IMG/VR virus record: IMGVR_UViG_3300030339_000003
Location: 1-64,000 of that record
Length of the DNA: 64,000 bases
Direction: 5' to 3' (one strand)
The position numbers and the translations under genes were made by a program. Position 1 is the stretch's first letter. Every line of letters begins with the position of its first letter. Positions 26,007 to 34,575 of the stretch are shown here, one piece after another. The notes below the pieces were generated by a model that was not told the origin of the DNA, did no database searches, and saw only the letters and a list, made by a program, of their open reading frames with translations.

Positions 26007-26063
26007 GATAAATAAAGATAAATACTGCATCTTTATACACCTAAGTAATGTAGATCTGAAAAT
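26007..26063 (-). promoter_or_regulatory. phiKZ-type early promoter plus 5' hairpin
   Basis: TTTTCAGATC-TACATTAC (core 26045-26052), then GGTG-T-ATAAAGAT/ATCTTTAT-T-TATC. Confidence 0.7.
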
Positions 26064-26101
26064 AACTATAATCTAATTTTAAACAAATATAATAAGACGT
26101 T

Positions 26102-26133
26102 TATTATCCCTATCCTCACGGATAGGGATAATA
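26102..26133. terminator. Hairpin terminator
   Basis: TATTATCCCTATCC-TCAC-GGATAGGGATAATA. Confidence 0.8.
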
Positions 26134-26145
26134 GTAAGTTAAAAT

Positions 26146-26724
26146 TTAAAGATCTATGTCGACAATCAAAGCCATAACCCTTTTGGGAGACAACGGCCCA
26201 TATTTGTTATCCCGGTCACCCAAATAATAAACCGCTTCTGTTTGACGCAACCAATTACTATCAAATTTCTCAATAGTGATTCGCAAGTTGTGAAGTTTAG
26301 ATGTTTTAGCAATACTTAAATGTGCGTGATTATTTTTATCGATATATTTAAATGAACCATCTTCAAAACATGTTTCATGATAGATCATGGCACCGGGTGT
26401 AGTTGGGTGCTCGTCATCATGATAAACTGAAAGATACTGTTGACCGCCAATGCCGCGTAACAAATGATTAAGATTATCTTTTAGATTATTGTCGGCTTTA
26501 AGCATATCAGGAATAGCTAAAGCATCTAATTCTAAATGATTTAAGAAATGCTCTAATAGTGTGCTGAGTAACCCATTCCTTAATCCAGTTTCAATAAAGA
26601 TTCTTGAAGCGGGATGCTCTTGCAGGTAAATATAAGCTTTATCATCGTCAGCCGAAATAATGTATTGACGACCATTAACTTTTGCATTCCAAAGACCTGC
26701 GCTATTGAATTTTAATTCAATCAT
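26146..26724 (-). CDS. Hypothetical protein
   Basis: 192-aa ORF. Confidence 0.7.
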   Translation of the reverse strand: MIELKFNSAGLWNAKVNGRQYIISADDDKAYIYLQEHPASRIFIETGLRNGLLSTLLEHFLNHLELDALAIPDMLKADNNLKDNLNHLLRGIGGQQYLSVYHDDEHPTTPGAMIYHETCFEDGSFKYIDKNNHAHLSIAKTSKLHNLRITIEKFDSNWLRQTEAVYYLGDRDNKYGPLSPKRVMALIVDIDL

Positions 26725-26728
26725 TGTG

Positions 26729-27442
26729 TTAACCTTTAATTAATTGTTGGAAACGTGTTGAGATAATTGCATAATACAAATAAGGTGGGACGTTCTCATA
26801 AGCGCCTAATGAGAAACCTTCATTAACTTCTACCAACCCCCACTGACCGTTGATTAATCCCATATCAAAACTTCCTACGGTATAACCCCTTACCCGTAAT
26901 AACGTCATGATATCTTTAATAATAGGAATTAATTCTTTTGATCCATCAGAACAATAAAACGTATCGTTTTTGTAATACACTCGGCACTCGTCGGTAATGC
27001 TAGCTACGGCAGCAGAATAGATTTCAACCTTTGGACTAAATGCATCAAAGTAAAGGTTAGAAGTCGAATGCGCAATGTAACCGGTAAACAGTTTTAACAC
27101 TTTCACTGGCTTAATAAAACGAGGCAAAGTGGATTCGTCTAACTTACCCATCGTTGTTTTAATGATATCGCGGTGTAAATATTGCTTGAGGTAATCGGGA
27201 TAGTCGTTAGGGATAGGTAAATCTTTCTTATACTTTCTTAACGTGTGTTTAACAAAGTCAATATCGCCTGCCGCAAAAGCTAATTTATCAGGCAAAGACT
27301 TCCGAATGATTTCTTTACTCCCCACTAATTCAACAATAAGTTTTAATTCAGCAACATGAGCTTGGATATAATCCTTTAGTATTTGTTCTTCTTTATCTAA
27401 CTTACCTGTACCATGTTGTTCTAACCAAACCATTTTCCACAT
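26729..27442 (-). CDS. ATP-grasp domain protein (DUF4343/R2K-like)
   Basis: DYP..L..YLHR, FIKP...KLFTG, ECRVY, FDMG..W.LVEVNEGFSLGAY. Confidence 0.8.
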   Translation of the reverse strand: MWKMVWLEQHGTGKLDKEEQILKDYIQAHVAELKLIVELVGSKEIIRKSLPDKLAFAAGDIDFVKHTLRKYKKDLPIPNDYPDYLKQYLHRDIIKTTMGKLDESTLPRFIKPVKVLKLFTGYIAHSTSNLYFDAFSPKVEIYSAAVASITDECRVYYKNDTFYCSDGSKELIPIIKDIMTLLRVRGYTVGSFDMGLINGQWGLVEVNEGFSLGAYENVPPYLYYAIISTRFQQLIKG

Positions 27443-27452
27443 ACATAACTCC

Positions 27453-27479
27453 TTACCTTACCCACTTAGGGTAAGGTAA
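27453..27479. other. Intergenic hairpin abutting the SD of the ATP-grasp gene
   Basis: TTACCTTACCC-ACTTA-GGGTAAGGTAA; no U tract. Confidence 0.6.
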
Positions 27480-27484
27480 TATGT

Positions 27485-27916
27485 TTATTCGCAATCACGA
27501 ACGTGTTCGTAAGTAAAGATGACTTCTTTACCAAGCCAATTAGCCAACTCAGTATTAATCTTAATTAAATCAAAACGAGTAGGGTCGTACACCAAAGACA
27601 TGTGCAATAACAACGTAGAATAAGAATGAGTATAACCTGCGTCTGTTAAGCGTCTGAATTCCTGTTGTAAGCCCACGCTATGCAGTTCTGCTACAATTGC
27701 ATCGCCCAGTTCTTTAAACCCAATGATGGTGGCTTTAAAGAGCACGTGCGAGTTAATATCACAACGTGGTTCATCACATTCTGATTTATCATACATCAGC
27801 GTAATATGAAACGGATAAGTGGTAGCGGGCTGTATGCTCAGATCGGTTAATGCTGTTTTTAATTGCTTTTCGGTTTCTTCAAGTAGGTTAACCGATATGT
27901 ACCCCAGCTTTGGCAT
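27485..27916 (-). CDS. 2H phosphodiesterase, anti-CBASS Acb1 (T4 gp57B)-like
   Basis: Two Hx[T/S] motifs, FHITLMY and LHMSL; 143 aa. Confidence 0.7.
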   Translation of the reverse strand: MPKLGYISVNLLEETEKQLKTALTDLSIQPATTYPFHITLMYDKSECDEPRCDINSHVLFKATIIGFKELGDAIVAELHSVGLQQEFRRLTDAGYTHSYSTLLLHMSLVYDPTRFDLIKINTELANWLGKEVIFTYEHVRDCE

Positions 27917-28463
27917 GTTGGTTCCTCAAATGTTTAATGGTCTTATACATAACATTTTGATTACGCTTTTGCTTACGGTACTTTGAACTTACCTTTAAAT
28001 ACTTACGCAATCCAACAGGTAACACCAGGCCATGTTTCTTTAACACATAGTCAATAAAGATGGATCTTGACGGAGCATTATTAAAGTAACCTGTTAAACT
28101 TAAATAAGAATTAAAAGGATTACCCGAATAAAAGGTGGGCTCTTCATCAGCCACTTTATTAACTTTCAGTTCCTCAACATCAAATGCAGTAATGCCGTCG
28201 GGGAAATAAGCATCGTGTATGTAACCATCGTCAGTAATATACACGTGGAAAGGACCCACATTAATCGTGGGCGTTAATCCATAGCCAATCGCAATACGTT
28301 CTACTAATAAAGCCATGACATGACAATCCCCACTGTTAATGATTCCAGGGATTGAAAGTTTCGACTTATTACCCTCAGCGATATACAATAATTCAAATTC
28401 TTGAATTAAGCTATCAATGATCGATTTGTATAACTTTCTTTTAGGGCTCATATCCTGCGTCAA
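27888..28463 (-). CDS. Transglutaminase/papain-like Cys-His-Asp protein
   Basis: INSGDC..MA, FHVYI, IHDAYFPDG. Confidence 0.5.
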   Translation of the reverse strand: MTQDMSPKRKLYKSIIDSLIQEFELLYIAEGNKSKLSIPGIINSGDCHVMALLVERIAIGYGLTPTINVGPFHVYITDDGYIHDAYFPDGITAFDVEELKVNKVADEEPTFYSGNPFNSYLSLTGYFNNAPSRSIFIDYVLKKHGLVLPVGLRKYLKVSSKYRKQKRNQNVMYKTIKHLRNQHAKAGVHIG

Positions 28464-28947
28464 TCTCCGTTACACCAACACTTGCCGCTTTAGCAAGAAC
28501 GTCAACCATTTCATTATACTTATCGCCTGTGTGTGCTTTGACTTTGTGGAAATAGATTTTGTTTTCCTTAATCAAAGGATAAGCACGTTGCCACAAGTCC
28601 AAGTTCTTGATAGGTTTCTCTGCACCTGTTTCCCAATCAACACGTACCCAATTCTTACGCTTCCATCCATGAATCCATTTCATCAATCCATCTTTGGCGT
28701 AATTGGAATCAATATAGATGTCAAAGGTTTTGTTAGGACCAAATTCCTCTAAAGCTTTAATAACAGCTAAAAGCTCCATACGGTTATTGGTTGTCTTAAT
28801 AAACCCACCGCTTAATTTAAGTTCGGTGTTTTCATCGATAGGGATAACACAGCCCCAACCACCAGGCCCAGGATTAGGTGAAGCACTACCATCGGTATAA
28901 ACTACGATAGACTTATCTTTAGCAGGCTCTTCATATTTAGCCGTCAT
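28441..28947 (-). CDS. rnhA: Ribonuclease HI
   Basis: YTDGS..NPGPGGWG, TTNNRMEL, DS.Y, KN.DLW, VKAH..NE.VD. Confidence 0.97.
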   Translation of the reverse strand: MTAKYEEPAKDKSIVVYTDGSASPNPGPGGWGCVIPIDENTELKLSGGFIKTTNNRMELLAVIKALEEFGPNKTFDIYIDSNYAKDGLMKWIHGWKRKNWVRVDWETGAEKPIKNLDLWQRAYPLIKENKIYFHKVKAHTGDKYNEMVDVLAKAASVGVTEIDAGYEP

Positions 28948-28962
28948 AACGATCCTTATAGT

Positions 28963-28984
28963 TTAGGGGGCTTTCACCCCCTAA
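28963..28984 (-). terminator. Hairpin with GAAA loop
   Basis: UUAGGGGGU-GAAA-GCCCCCUAA. Confidence 0.65.
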
Positions 28985-28993
28985 GTTTATTGA

Positions 28994-30598
28994 TTAAAAA
29001 TCAAAACCATCTTCGCTATATGGGTGACAAACAGAATTTGCCATATGCGCAAAACGATTTTCAGGTGGTAACATCAAACGGATTTGGCGAGCATGTTCTG
29101 AAATATCAAAACGACGACCAATTGTTGAAACAACATCATCCAGAATTTGATCAGCCATCGTACCTTGAATACGGCCTTTAAACAAATCTATATTGAGGTT
29201 CTCAATAATTTGTGTGCGTAAAGTATAAAAATCGCTAGCTGGGCGAGAAGCTAATGGGGGTGGAGTCATAAATGGTCGTGGACCATTGTTGTATGGGTGA
29301 TTAATGCCCGACCCGTTATCTGGTTTATAAACAAAGATTTTGTCACCTGGGGTGTAATTAGATTTCATTACAAACCCTTCGGTACTGCGAACCGCGGTAA
29401 TTTCTTGGTTATCCGTTACGCGGAATAAGTTGATGTCAAACATAGATTGAATATCGAAATCGTACGCACCATTTAAATAAATGGCACTGTTATCAGCGGT
29501 ACGATAAGACGTGTCTTTAACCGTCAAACTTTTCGCGTCTGAATTTAACGTAATCCCTTTAAGAGAAGAATTTTGAACATCAAATAAATTCAAGAACCCT
29601 TGATAGTTAAAATAGTTAAAATTGACCACATTAGAACCAATAACGCGGAACTGATGCGTATTGATATTCACGTTTTCTAATACTGAATTTTTAATAGTGC
29701 CTTGGTGTCTTGAGTTTTCAATATTACACCCAAACAGCATACTGTTAATGATATTCAAATTCTTTACAGTATGCATTGTGTGACCAAAACGGAAATTATT
29801 TTCTTTTGGTAAACGCAAGCTGCTGTTAACTAAAAGACATTTATTTACTTTCTGATGTTCGATTGAGTTATTGCCTTTAAATGCGACGTTAACCAATTCA
29901 CTATTAACTGCCCACGTTATATTAGCAATACGGCCAGCCAACAAATCGACATCAAAATAATTCCATTTATCATGACCTTCGGTGTCAATAGTCATGGACG
30001 AGTCATTGTCTAATAAAAGAATCTGATAAACAACTTTTTGGTCGCCATCAATTTTTTGTTTTAGATTATCAACCAGAGCCGACCCTGTGTCTCTGCCGAT
30101 ACCTGGAATGGTAATGGAATAGACGTACAGATCAAATTTGCATTTGAGCGGTTGTGTGTCTTTTGGGGAATATTTTTCCCGAGCGGTTTTACTGTTTGCC
30201 AGGGATTCAAATGTCCCGAACAATCTAATAAAACTGTAGAATTCCATTCCCATCTCAATGCCGCTAACAATTGGGGTAATGGTTGCACCATTGATGACAA
30301 GTTTACTTGATTTTTCATTTTCATTCAAACGTTTTTTACGCATCCAGCCTTCGGGCATTCTGAATGATAACACTTTATCCAGTTCGAGTTCGGAAATAGC
30401 TTTGAAATTGAGTTTAGCTGTTTTGATTGACTCTTCAATAACGCCCATATCGGCTATTTTATTTTCACCAAACTTTGGTTCTGCGGTTACTTTAATTTCA
30501 GTAACAGTTTCAGCAGCAACTACTTCAACTACTGGTGAGTCAATAGTAACCTTAACTTCTTTGTCAGCAACTTTAACGATTTCTTTAGACTTAGCCAT
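28994..30598 (-). CDS. Hypothetical protein with a beta-helix-like repeat region
   Basis: Repeated I.NS.L pattern (LVNSSL, IINSML, IKNSVL, VQNSSL). Confidence 0.75.
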   Translation of the reverse strand: MAKSKEIVKVADKEVKVTIDSPVVEVVAAETVTEIKVTAEPKFGENKIADMGVIEESIKTAKLNFKAISELELDKVLSFRMPEGWMRKKRLNENEKSSKLVINGATITPIVSGIEMGMEFYSFIRLFGTFESLANSKTAREKYSPKDTQPLKCKFDLYVYSITIPGIGRDTGSALVDNLKQKIDGDQKVVYQILLLDNDSSMTIDTEGHDKWNYFDVDLLAGRIANITWAVNSELVNVAFKGNNSIEHQKVNKCLLVNSSLRLPKENNFRFGHTMHTVKNLNIINSMLFGCNIENSRHQGTIKNSVLENVNINTHQFRVIGSNVVNFNYFNYQGFLNLFDVQNSSLKGITLNSDAKSLTVKDTSYRTADNSAIYLNGAYDFDIQSMFDINLFRVTDNQEITAVRSTEGFVMKSNYTPGDKIFVYKPDNGSGINHPYNNGPRPFMTPPPLASRPASDFYTLRTQIIENLNIDLFKGRIQGTMADQILDDVVSTIGRRFDISEHARQIRLMLPPENRFAHMANSVCHPYSEDGFDF

Positions 30599-30629
30599 TT
30601 AAAAACATCCTATAAAAGTATAGTGGGTA

Positions 30630-30657
30630 ATAGGCAAGAGGTTACCCTCCCACCTAT
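30630..30657 (-). terminator. Hairpin with GUAA loop
   Basis: AUAGGUGGGAGG-GUAA-CCUCUUGCCUAU with G-U pairs on -. Confidence 0.65.
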
Positions 30658-30683
30658 AATTTTGGGTTATTAGTTTATTAAAA

Positions 30684-30938
30684 CTACGCGAAATCGCCCA
30701 GGCGCAAACCGGCATTTAGATTAGGACTTTGAAGGAAGATGTATACCTTTTCATCACCCACGGTGCGGTAATCGTGAGGGATTTCATCCAACCATTTCAT
30801 TTCCGCTCTGCTTGAAACAACAACCAAACGGGTCAATGTTTCAAAGGTAATGAATTTAGCCACAGTACCCAACTTAGAACGAACTAAATTGATATCGGCT
30901 TCTTTACCAACAAAATGAACTTCAAAATGACTACCCAT
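30684..30938 (-). CDS. Hypothetical protein
   Basis: 84 aa, overlaps the ligase stop. Confidence 0.65.
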   Translation of the reverse strand: MGSHFEVHFVGKEADINLVRSKLGTVAKFITFETLTRLVVVSSRAEMKWLDEIPHDYRTVGDEKVYIFLQSPNLNAGLRLGDFA

Positions 30939-32817
30939 TGATCTTCCTTACTATATCGTTGATGGAGATTTCATTGTTTACATAATAAACAGGAATATTT
31001 AACTTTAATGCCTGCGTAGTGGATGCAGTTTCTGTGTCACTAAACCCTACAATAACACACTCTACACCTTTAACTACTCGAGGCAGTACTTCGATATCAC
31101 TTTTCAGTAACTGCTCTGCAATGAAGTTACGCGGCGCTTCAAACTTACCCGTTAATACGACTTTCTTATAACCACGAATGAACGTATCAGGACGAATCAC
31201 TAAAGCTGTCGCAAAGCGTTCAATATAACGCACACGCTTTTTATCTGTAAATGCTTTTAACAGATACATTGTTTTAGCAGGAGTGAATGTTTTCTTAATA
31301 AGTTCATGGTCTTTAATGAACTCTAAGAACTTTTCGATATTAACACAAAGATGACTGATTTCGTCTGCGGTTGATTTGCCCACTTCTTCGATATTTAACG
31401 CGTAGATAAATTGACTCAACGTCTTTTTACGGTTTTGACGAATGATCTCGTAAAAACGTGGACCGACTTGTTCCAATTCTAAACTATAAATATCTAAAGC
31501 AGTTTTAATGAACCCACGACCAGCCCACTCGGTAATGGTTTCACGACCTACGTCTTTAATATCCAACCCTTCTTTGCCTGTTGCACGAACAATGTCATTA
31601 ATGAATTGATCCGCACAATCAGCGGTATTGTTACAGGTTAATGTTGGACCAATCAAAGACACCGGACCACCACAACACGGACATACTTCAGGTAAACGCA
31701 TGCGTGGTGTGTCGGTACGATCAATGACTTCATCCAGATGCGGAACAGAGTCGCCAGACATAACAATACGGATACGATCACCTGCACCAATCTGCAAGCC
31801 TAACAACTTACCTGCGTTAAATCCATTGGCACGTTGGCATTTAGACCCAGCAATCATTACTGGTTCGTAAATAAGAGTAGGGGTAATGCGACAACGGGTT
31901 ACAGACCATTCAACATCTTTAAACCGCGTTACACCAAACAACGTATTGTATTTAAAAGCAATAGACCATTTCATTTCATCGCCCAAACGCTGACGAGTAG
32001 ACAGTTTGTTTGCTTTCATGACATAACCATCAAAAGGTTCAACCGTATTGGGTGCTTGAGTTAACAATTCTTTTTCTGTTACCAGGCGAGGAATGTCAAA
32101 CCCTTGATCGGCAAACCAATTACGAAGTTGTACACCGCTTTCAATTTTCAATAGCGGTAACACTTTAGGGTCGATCGCATAAACACTGCACGTAATCTTA
32201 CCCTTAACGCTAAAACGATTATTTAAACTACTGCGTAACCAGCCACTGATTTGATTACGTTGTTTAAAGTCTGGAGTATTCGTTGATTCTTTAAGATCTT
32301 CGATATCCAGATAAGTAAGGTGTGCTTCTGCACGAATATCAAACTTATCTACATCTTTAAGTTGTTCAATAAAAGGCGGGATATGTTTGAAGTAACTTAA
32401 CTGATGCGTGATGTTTTCACCTTCAGTTAATGTACCTTTGGTGACCAGGTGTTTTAACTTACCGAATTCATATTGAAGTTCAAGAGCCATACCGTCTAAC
32501 TTTGTTTCAATATAAACATCATTGTCAAAAGAAGCTTTTAATTCATCGTAAGCACCAAAGTCGTACGTACGATTCAAAGAAGGAAAAGGTCTAAAATGCG
32601 GAACTCTTTTCAATTCTGCTTTATTGGAAAACACAACGGTCGCTTTTTGATCTAAGTTGTATTCCCAATTAGGGTGTTCGGCCGCTAACGTATCAAAGCG
32701 GTTCTTTAACAGATCGTATTCGGAATCACTGATGATGCTTTTGTTCTCACCCCAAAACAATCCATTGTGGTAATCCAATTGCTCTTTTAAATCTGCTAAT
32801 GTGGTAAATGTGCTCAT
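30931..32817 (-). CDS. ligA: NAD-dependent DNA ligase
   Basis: ISDSEYD, KLDG adenylation motif, DG..K, AFKY, Zn finger CPCC..C..C, C-terminal BRCT VVLTG. Confidence 0.92.
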   Translation of the reverse strand: MSTFTTLADLKEQLDYHNGLFWGENKSIISDSEYDLLKNRFDTLAAEHPNWEYNLDQKATVVFSNKAELKRVPHFRPFPSLNRTYDFGAYDELKASFDNDVYIETKLDGMALELQYEFGKLKHLVTKGTLTEGENITHQLSYFKHIPPFIEQLKDVDKFDIRAEAHLTYLDIEDLKESTNTPDFKQRNQISGWLRSSLNNRFSVKGKITCSVYAIDPKVLPLLKIESGVQLRNWFADQGFDIPRLVTEKELLTQAPNTVEPFDGYVMKANKLSTRQRLGDEMKWSIAFKYNTLFGVTRFKDVEWSVTRCRITPTLIYEPVMIAGSKCQRANGFNAGKLLGLQIGAGDRIRIVMSGDSVPHLDEVIDRTDTPRMRLPEVCPCCGGPVSLIGPTLTCNNTADCADQFINDIVRATGKEGLDIKDVGRETITEWAGRGFIKTALDIYSLELEQVGPRFYEIIRQNRKKTLSQFIYALNIEEVGKSTADEISHLCVNIEKFLEFIKDHELIKKTFTPAKTMYLLKAFTDKKRVRYIERFATALVIRPDTFIRGYKKVVLTGKFEAPRNFIAEQLLKSDIEVLPRVVKGVECVIVGFSDTETASTTQALKLNIPVYYVNNEISINDIVRKING

Positions 32818-32825
32818 GCCAACCC

Positions 32826-33482
32826 CTAGACTAACTTTTTAATATAATTATTAATATGTTCATTCAGTTTTAAAACATCTCTTGCAATGTTTTGCAAATA
32901 GAACTGAGGGAACTGATGATGCTTATCCCAAACAATCAAGTGGTCATTTTTAGGGATGACTTCTGTTTGATGGATTGGAAAGTCGTCTACCAACACATAA
33001 TGTTTATACCCTTGTGCATTCAGGTAGTCTACTTTACTTGGGTGTTCTTTAGAATTAATAACGTGAATAGATTTCCAATCAATGTCATTAAAATGTTTAT
33101 CTAAAGAATGCTTCGTGTAACGCTCACCATTGATACTGTATCCTCGATGGGTGCATACGTTCAGATTAAAGCGTGGGTCCTTGTTAATAGCCCGTAGCCA
33201 TGGCTTAAGTGCCTCATCTGGTTCTACAGTCAACATAAAGCGATCGTATTGTAAACCGTGTTCAAATACGCGCGCTTCTACTAATTTGGCGTCTTTCCCT
33301 TCAAGTGTTTTAACCGCTTTCAGGAAAGTAACATCACGGTTCATTGCGATGCCAAGAATCAAATGGTCAATCGAATCCCAAGAACTTTTGTGTTCGAGGT
33401 AATTCAACATATTGTTTCTAACATGCTTATGTGTTAAAAAAGTAAAATCATCCAGATCACAAAAGATATCAATGGGTTTCAT
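32826..33482 (-). CDS. HAD-superfamily hydrolase (5'-nucleotidase-like)
   Basis: IFCDLDD motif I, CTHRG, K, LVDD motif IV. Confidence 0.7.
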   Translation of the reverse strand: MKPIDIFCDLDDFTFLTHKHVRNNMLNYLEHKSSWDSIDHLILGIAMNRDVTFLKAVKTLEGKDAKLVEARVFEHGLQYDRFMLTVEPDEALKPWLRAINKDPRFNLNVCTHRGYSINGERYTKHSLDKHFNDIDWKSIHVINSKEHPSKVDYLNAQGYKHYVLVDDFPIHQTEVIPKNDHLIVWDKHHQFPQFYLQNIARDVLKLNEHINNYIKKLV

Positions 33483-33512
33483 AAAAAGTCCTTAAATAAA
33501 AAGACAGCATAA

Positions 33513-33542
33513 TAAGTAAAGGGGCGGCCGCCCCTTTACTTA
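33513..33542. terminator. Perfect 30-bp palindrome, probable terminator
   Basis: TAAGTAAAGGGGCGGCCGCCCCTTTACTTA. Confidence 0.75.
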
Positions 33543-33552
33543 GTGCTTAACG

Positions 33553-33819
33553 TTATTTGATTTGTTTTAACAAAGCAGGCATAATGTTTTCAACTGATGT
33601 TTGGTAGTCTATTAAAGTATTGGTAGACAGCAGACGGTAACTTACATCGTCTGGTTTAACAATAATGGAAGCAAAAATAGAGCCCATGTGTTTTAAAGAA
33701 TAAACAACCGAACCATCACCGGTGTCTTTATTTTTATAACCGGTGACCAAAGTTGTTTGACCTTCTACTAAATTCAGAGAGTCGTCTTTAAAATAGCATA
33801 GCAGTTTCAGTTCTGGCAT
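33553..33819 (-). CDS. Hypothetical protein
   Basis: 88-aa ORF. Confidence 0.65.
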   Translation of the reverse strand: MPELKLLCYFKDDSLNLVEGQTTLVTGYKNKDTGDGSVVYSLKHMGSIFASIIVKPDDVSYRLLSTNTLIDYQTSVENIMPALLKQIK

Positions 33820-34507
33820 GAGTATTACCTACTTGAAGCTTAAAGATAAGGTTGTCCATCTTAGACTGGTTCACTAAGTATGAAACTTTCTTTTTGTTGT
33901 TGTTTACCAATTGGTTCATTTTGTTACGGAATTGTTTGACAGTAGCCACTTTCCCGTTAACAGTGTACATGTTCCAATTGCCTTTGGTAAGCTTAACGTA
34001 TTTGCTAATTTTTGCGTTGTCGTTACCTTTCAATATCTTTTCGGCACCATACAAGCCAACGAACCAACTCATATACACATCGCCGTCTGATACTGCCCTT
34101 TTGGTTTTCCTTTCAAGGTAACTGCGATTTTCTGCTAAACCTGCTGCTCCGATTAATATATTGGCTCGCTTATCGTGAACAGAACTCTTAGCAGACAATC
34201 CTAAGCGCTTAGCGTGTAATTGCACATCGTTACGCCATTGGCGGTTTGTGTATTGCATTGCCCCTTTAACATTAGAATGAGGATTAATAGTGTTTTGCCC
34301 AAAACGAGATTCTTTAAGCAAAACTGCACTTACAAGTTCGGCGGATTCACCGGTGAGACTTTCGGCCTCAATAACATATTTTTCTATTTTTGCATAAGCC
34401 TTTGCATCGGCTTTTGAAAGTGGTTGAACAGAATAGCTGGCTAGTGCAGCGCCCATCCCCACCATCATTATTAACATTCCCAAAATAAAAGATTTGATCG
34501 TAGACAT
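33788..34507 (-). CDS. Lytic transglycosylase (SLT, phiKZ gp144-like catalytic domain) with signal peptide
   Basis: Sec-type N-terminus ending ALA-S; KESRF catalytic Glu, GAMQ, DVYMSWFVG. Confidence 0.8.
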   Translation of the reverse strand: MSTIKSFILGMLIMMVGMGAALASYSVQPLSKADAKAYAKIEKYVIEAESLTGESAELVSAVLLKESRFGQNTINPHSNVKGAMQYTNRQWRNDVQLHAKRLGLSAKSSVHDKRANILIGAAGLAENRSYLERKTKRAVSDGDVYMSWFVGLYGAEKILKGNDNAKISKYVKLTKGNWNMYTVNGKVATVKQFRNKMNQLVNNNKKKVSYLVNQSKMDNLIFKLQVGNTHARTETAMLF

Positions 34508-34525
34508 ACGTCCTCCGTTGTTTGA

Positions 34526-34575
34526 CCAGGTGTAACATCATAACTACTGTTACACCTAGATAATATAGGTTTATT
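34526..34575 (-). promoter_or_regulatory. phiKZ-type early promoter plus 5' hairpin
   Basis: TAAACC-TATATTAT (core 34560-34567), then 12-bp stem CTAGGTGTAACA/TGTTACACCTGG. Confidence 0.7.
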
